DNA of 64,000 nucleotides from Deltaproteobacteria bacterium (GTDB lineage Bacteria; Desulfobacterota; Desulfobulbia; Desulfobulbales; SURF-16): NCBI GenBank assembly GCA_029933005.1, contig JAOZOY010000005.1, positions 10,940 to 74,939 of the forward strand, read 5' to 3'. Shown piece by piece: positions 60,153 to 64,000 of this stretch (position 1 is its first letter; each line of letters starts with the position of its first letter). The notes under the pieces were generated by a model. It saw only the letters and a program-made list of their open reading frames with translations, ran no database searches and was not told where the DNA came from. The position numbers and the translations under genes were made by a program.

Positions 60153-61302
60153 AAGGCGATTTAAATTGCCGGATTACAGTGACCTTACCAAAGACCAGGA
60201 CAGAGCATTAAGACTCCCAAAAGAGGGGCAGTTTCTTATCGTTGGCGGTCCGGGCACAGGAAAATCTGTTGTTGCTTTGCTGCACATTATGCGTCATCAG
60301 CAAGCCAACGATCACCTATTTCTTACGTATAATCATGTGCTGAGAGCATTCACAAAACAATGCGTTGAATCCAGTCTTAATAATGACACGGCATATTCAT
60401 GGTTTTATAAAACGTATTATGCGTTAACAAAAAAATTTGTCCCTAAAATTGAAGAGTACAAACCTGATTATGACAAGATTATACAAGTATACGAAGAACT
60501 CAACTTAGAGGAGTCAGAAAAAATATATTTTGTTATTGACGAGGGGCAGGATCTTCCACAGGGATTTTATGAATCCATTATGGCCCTTGGGCATGAAAAC
60601 TTTTTTATAGTGGCCGATCAAAATCAACAGATCACGGAACAACGTTCAAGTATCCAAGAACTTGTTGACATGCTTGCCTTGGACAGGTCCAATGTTATCG
60701 AATTGAAAGAAAACTTTAGAAATACTAGCCCGATAGCTCTATTTGCCCAGCAGTTTTACACTGATAAGGCAAGTCCAAAACCAAAGCTGCCAGACACCCC
60801 ATCGTTAGACACACCTGTTTTATACGAGTATGAGTTTGTCGATGATTGTGTAAAAATGATGCTTCGAGAAGCTGACCAGGATCCAGCAAAACTGATAGGC
60901 CTTATAGTGGCCACAGACACCAAGCGTGACGACTATGTACGGCGTCTTAGGAAAATGGATATTGAGAGAGATTATGATAAACCATTAGTGTCAAGTTATA
61001 AAGCGAGTAACCAGGAAAACGTTGAGATTGATTTCAGCCGGGGAGGCATCGTTGTTATCACAGACAAATCATGCAAGGGGATTGAATTTGATATCGTCTT
61101 TATACTGCTTGACGGGTTCAAGTTGCACATGGGAGATATTACTGCAATGAAAAAAAGATTTTATGTCATGACTTCAAGAGCCATCAAAAAACTGTTTCTG
61201 TTCACAGGCTCGAAATGTACCCAGGTTGATCCGGAAGTAATTGCTCTGCTACCTGAAGACGAAACAATTCTGAAAAGGGATACTCTTTACTATGGCAGCT
61301 AA
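60145..61302 (+). CDS. Compact SF1 (UvrD-like core) P-loop ATPase/helicase
   Basis: The ATG at 60145 follows GGAG and overlaps the DUF1998 stop by 8 nt; the track's start at 60049 was rejected. Motifs: Walker A 'GGPGTGKS', Walker B 'VIDEGQDL', 'NFRNT', 'KGIEFDIVF', 'YVMTSRA'. Confidence 0.75.
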   Translation: MAKRRFKLPDYSDLTKDQDRALRLPKEGQFLIVGGPGTGKSVVALLHIMRHQQANDHLFLTYNHVLRAFTKQCVESSLNNDTAYSWFYKTYYALTKKFVPKIEEYKPDYDKIIQVYEELNLEESEKIYFVIDEGQDLPQGFYESIMALGHENFFIVADQNQQITEQRSSIQELVDMLALDRSNVIELKENFRNTSPIALFAQQFYTDKASPKPKLPDTPSLDTPVLYEYEFVDDCVKMMLREADQDPAKLIGLIVATDTKRDDYVRRLRKMDIERDYDKPLVSSYKASNQENVEIDFSRGGIVVITDKSCKGIEFDIVFILLDGFKLHMGDITAMKKRFYVMTSRAIKKLFLFTGSKCTQVDPEVIALLPEDETILKRDTLYYGS

Positions 61303-62839
61303 CAGATGGTTCTTTCCGACAAATACTGAAAATTTAAAGACGATACTAGCACATGGACTCATTTGTGGCCCCGCAGGCTATAAAAAATACTATTCTGATA
61401 TTTCATGCTCCTTCTTCGGATTTATACCGATTTTTTGTAATGGCAATGATGGTCACAAAAAGGCCCTAACAAAAGCAAGAGAAGAAGATGCTAATCTTGA
61501 CCTTTGTCTACTTGAAATTAACCTTAACCAGATACAGGCAGGCAAAGTCTATCTGACAGACAGTAGTCCAGTTGACATTGAGCAATGTCATGATCCGTCT
61601 TTTGGCACTATTTGTATCCCTGCCCCACTTCCTTTGTCGTGTGTTAAGCAGGTAATATTTTGTGATTCCAAAACAAAATATACCTTTACAGATGATATTA
61701 AATCCTACGGTGACACACCTCAAGATGCACTTAAGATGGTTGTTGCCAAAAAACCTGAACAAAAATTATTTAAAGAAGCAGAACAAACAGGAATGTTAGG
61801 GGACTCGAAGGAAACCGAGGCAGAGCCATCTTTCTCTGCACAATACACATGCTCTACCCATCAAAATTATAAAAACATTTATTCATTTGGCGGATCGTTA
61901 TGCACCCTGTTTTACTTTGCAAAAAATGGTGCCACAACCAATAGCGCATTGGGAGATTGTACCAAAATAAAAAAACTTGAAAATTATGTCGAAAATGACG
62001 AACCGATTACATTTGAATCCCTTCTCTGCTGTCTCAATAATTATTTCTATCACAAGACAGGTCATACGAAAAAAAATGTTCCACAATTCATCATCTTGGA
62101 CAGTGTGCTGGATAGCTTAGTAGAACAGGAAAAGAATGAACATATCACATCAATTGTTAATTTCCTTAATTCAGCAGATGTCTTTGATAAAGAGGAAGAA
62201 AAATCGAGGGCGAAAGAACTGTCAAAACGCCTGACTGATTTTTATAATAATAAAATTGATTCGAAAGCATCGACCCTTTTTTCCACCTCACGTTCAAGAG
62301 TTGAAAAAATACTTTTGTTACTGGCGTACAGAGACGATGTTGCAGGTCTGCTTGAGACAGATATTGCTAAGCTGGAAGTATTTGACGAGGAGGACTACAT
62401 CATTGCTGCCATATTGTTCGGTGCCCGCAGCAAATACCACAAAATCCCTATTTCCTTACGCCAATACCCCGGGATACAGGGGTACATGTCTTATCTGATG
62501 GCCCAATTTGCCCATACCACAGGGAACACAGGAATAACATTTAAGAAACCACCAATCCCACTGACAATTATGGAAATGGTCGATCCCAGACGGAGGGAAC
62601 AATCAAAAAAATTAGGCTTTATCTACTGGCTAAGTAACAAGTACACAAAACTGCAAAACTGCTTTGAAACCATCATGCCCAACAAAAAATTTGCAAATGA
62701 TAATGGTAAAAGTACCTATGATGGTGTCGTCTTACCCGAGATAAACATTAAAGAGCAGGAATATTTCAAAGTTATGTCGAAGATCAAGGTTGATGATGAA
62801 GCCTATGAAACCATCCTGAAAAAATATAAATCCGCTTAA
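61292..62839 (+). CDS. 515-aa protein of unknown function
   Basis: A long ORF that overlaps the upstream stop by 11 nt and abuts the next ATG. I could not recognise any catalytic motif. Confidence 0.7.
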   Translation: MAANRWFFPTNTENLKTILAHGLICGPAGYKKYYSDISCSFFGFIPIFCNGNDGHKKALTKAREEDANLDLCLLEINLNQIQAGKVYLTDSSPVDIEQCHDPSFGTICIPAPLPLSCVKQVIFCDSKTKYTFTDDIKSYGDTPQDALKMVVAKKPEQKLFKEAEQTGMLGDSKETEAEPSFSAQYTCSTHQNYKNIYSFGGSLCTLFYFAKNGATTNSALGDCTKIKKLENYVENDEPITFESLLCCLNNYFYHKTGHTKKNVPQFIILDSVLDSLVEQEKNEHITSIVNFLNSADVFDKEEEKSRAKELSKRLTDFYNNKIDSKASTLFSTSRSRVEKILLLLAYRDDVAGLLETDIAKLEVFDEEDYIIAAILFGARSKYHKIPISLRQYPGIQGYMSYLMAQFAHTTGNTGITFKKPPIPLTIMEMVDPRRREQSKKLGFIYWLSNKYTKLQNCFETIMPNKKFANDNGKSTYDGVVLPEINIKEQEYFKVMSKIKVDDEAYETILKKYKSA

Positions 62840-64000
62840 ATGGAAATTATACCTTCAAAACCTTACCCGACTAACAGCCGGGCAGAATTACGTGTCTTCG
62901 ACAAACTCAGAGAATCATTTGTTCATGACTTCTCATATCTCGCATTCCATTCTCTGAACCTTACAAGGCACACAACCAAACGCTTTGGCGAGGCGGATTT
63001 CGTCCTTATCAACAAATTCGGTCTTTTTGTTCTGGAAGTAAAAGGGGGTGGAGTTAAACATGAAAATGGAATCTGGTACACAGTCAATCGATATCAGGAA
63101 TCACATCGAATTCAAGATCCCTTTCGACAAGCGGAAACAGCATTGCATGCTATACAAAATGAAATTCGTCAATCCTGCGAATTTCCTCACCTCAGACTTC
63201 CAGTGGGATATGGAGTTATTTTCTCCGATATAGAATGGAATCAAAAAAGTTCAGAGTGGGATCGGAACACTATATGCGATCGTAATAATATTAAAAATTT
63301 TGAACGCTGGTTGAAACGTTTTTTTAACTACTGGCAATCCAAGCCAGCAAATAAAAATGGACTTAATTCCAAAAATATTGCTGATCTAAAAAGATTTTTA
63401 CGCCCAGACTTTGAACTTACTGAACCATTGCACGCAGTTCTTTCTAAACTGGAGGATTCAGCTGTCCAGTTGACTGAGGATCAGTACAAATACCTTGATA
63501 TCGTTGCTGCTAACAAACGTGTTCTATGCTCAGGAGGGGCTGGTACCGGAAAAACCTTTCTGGCTGCAGAACTTGCCAGACGCTTGGGCGATGAAGATAC
63601 AAGTGTTGTTTTTGTCTGTAAATCCAATTGGCTCAGATGTTACCTTGAGCCAAGGATACATAGTGAATATGTAACTCTTTCCACCATTGATAGTGCCTTA
63701 ATTGACAAGAAACGTGTAGCTATAGAAACCTATGATGTTTTAATTGTTGACGAAGGGCAGGACCTGTTTAATCTGGAAGATATTGAAGTTCTTGAATCTC
63801 TTTTGTCGGGAGGATTAAAAAAGGGCGAATGGTATATTTTTCATGATGTCAATAATCAGGCAGGTCTCTTTCCTGGTTCAGATGAAAATCAGTCCAAAGA
63901 GATAATGGAATATTTAAAAGATTACGCTCCGGTCAATATCCCTCTGACAACAAACTGTAGAAATACAAAAAATATTCTCGATAAAATTCAAAAGACCCTT
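62840..64000 (+). CDS. NERD-domain nuclease fused to an SF1 helicase (Nhi-like architecture), 3' end beyond the window
   Basis: Not in the ORF track because it has no stop within the window. I translated it by hand from the ATG at 62840: 'MEIIPSKPYP...FGEADFVLINKFGLFVLEVKGG' (NERD), Walker A 'SGGAGTGKTF', Walker B 'VLIVDEGQDL', 'TTNCRNT'. Confidence 0.8.
   Translation, partial: MEIIPSKPYPTNSRAELRVFDKLRESFVHDFSYLAFHSLNLTRHTTKRFGEADFVLINKFGLFVLEVKGGGVKHENGIWYTVNRYQESHRIQDPFRQAETALHAIQNEIRQSCEFPHLRLPVGYGVIFSDIEWNQKSSEWDRNTICDRNNIKNFERWLKRFFNYWQSKPANKNGLNSKNIADLKRFLRPDFELTEPLHAVLSKLEDSAVQLTEDQYKYLDIVAANKRVLCSGGAGTGKTFLAAELARRLGDEDTSVVFVCKSNWLRCYLEPRIHSEYVTLSTIDSALIDKKRVAIETYDVLIVDEGQDLFNLEDIEVLESLLSGGLKKGEWYIFHDVNNQAGLFPGSDENQSKEIMEYLKDYAPVNIPLTTNCRNTKNILDKIQKTL

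Overview
The window is a chromosomal segment. Gene content alone (inference) suggests a Desulfobacterota, Desulfobulbales-like genome.

(1) 1-16.5 kb holds a large chemosensory cluster. It encodes two MCPs, a CheA-REC fusion, CheW, CheY, CheR, CheB, a HEAT-REC protein, a hybrid kinase, an HDOD protein and an Hpt protein. Interleaved with these is an RsbW-like kinase plus STAS partner-switch pair. Every long intercistronic gap in this cluster is filled by degenerate 9-bp-periodic repeat arrays and GTAGGTTGGGTT-type palindromes.

(2) 16.6-51.6 kb is mostly housekeeping: tsaC, a purD-purE fusion, tetR, greA, a 1398-aa TPR/beta-barrel protein, degT, rpoH, lepA, hyuB, engB, hisGI, a Tat-SOR, slyD, thiD, acs, mltA, pilT, cbiB, a gltD-like gene, atpZ-I-B-E and hemL. 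Several clear intrinsic terminators lie in this stretch.

(3) 51.6-64 kb is a visibly A/T-richer accessory island. It contains a chimeric GNAT/IS91-transposase remnant, a DUF4143 AAA ATPase and an RHH/ParE-RelE toxin-antitoxin pair. The headline finding is a translationally coupled operon of at least five genes:
- a DrmA-like SF2 helicase
- a DUF1998 (DrmB-like) protein
- a compact SF1 ATPase
- a 515-aa protein with no recognisable motif
- a NERD-SF1 helicase that runs off the window and is absent from the ORF track

The operon has the DISARM core but no visible PLD (DrmC) or methyltransferase. It is the best candidate here for an undescribed multi-helicase defence system. No rRNA, tRNA or CRISPR array was found.
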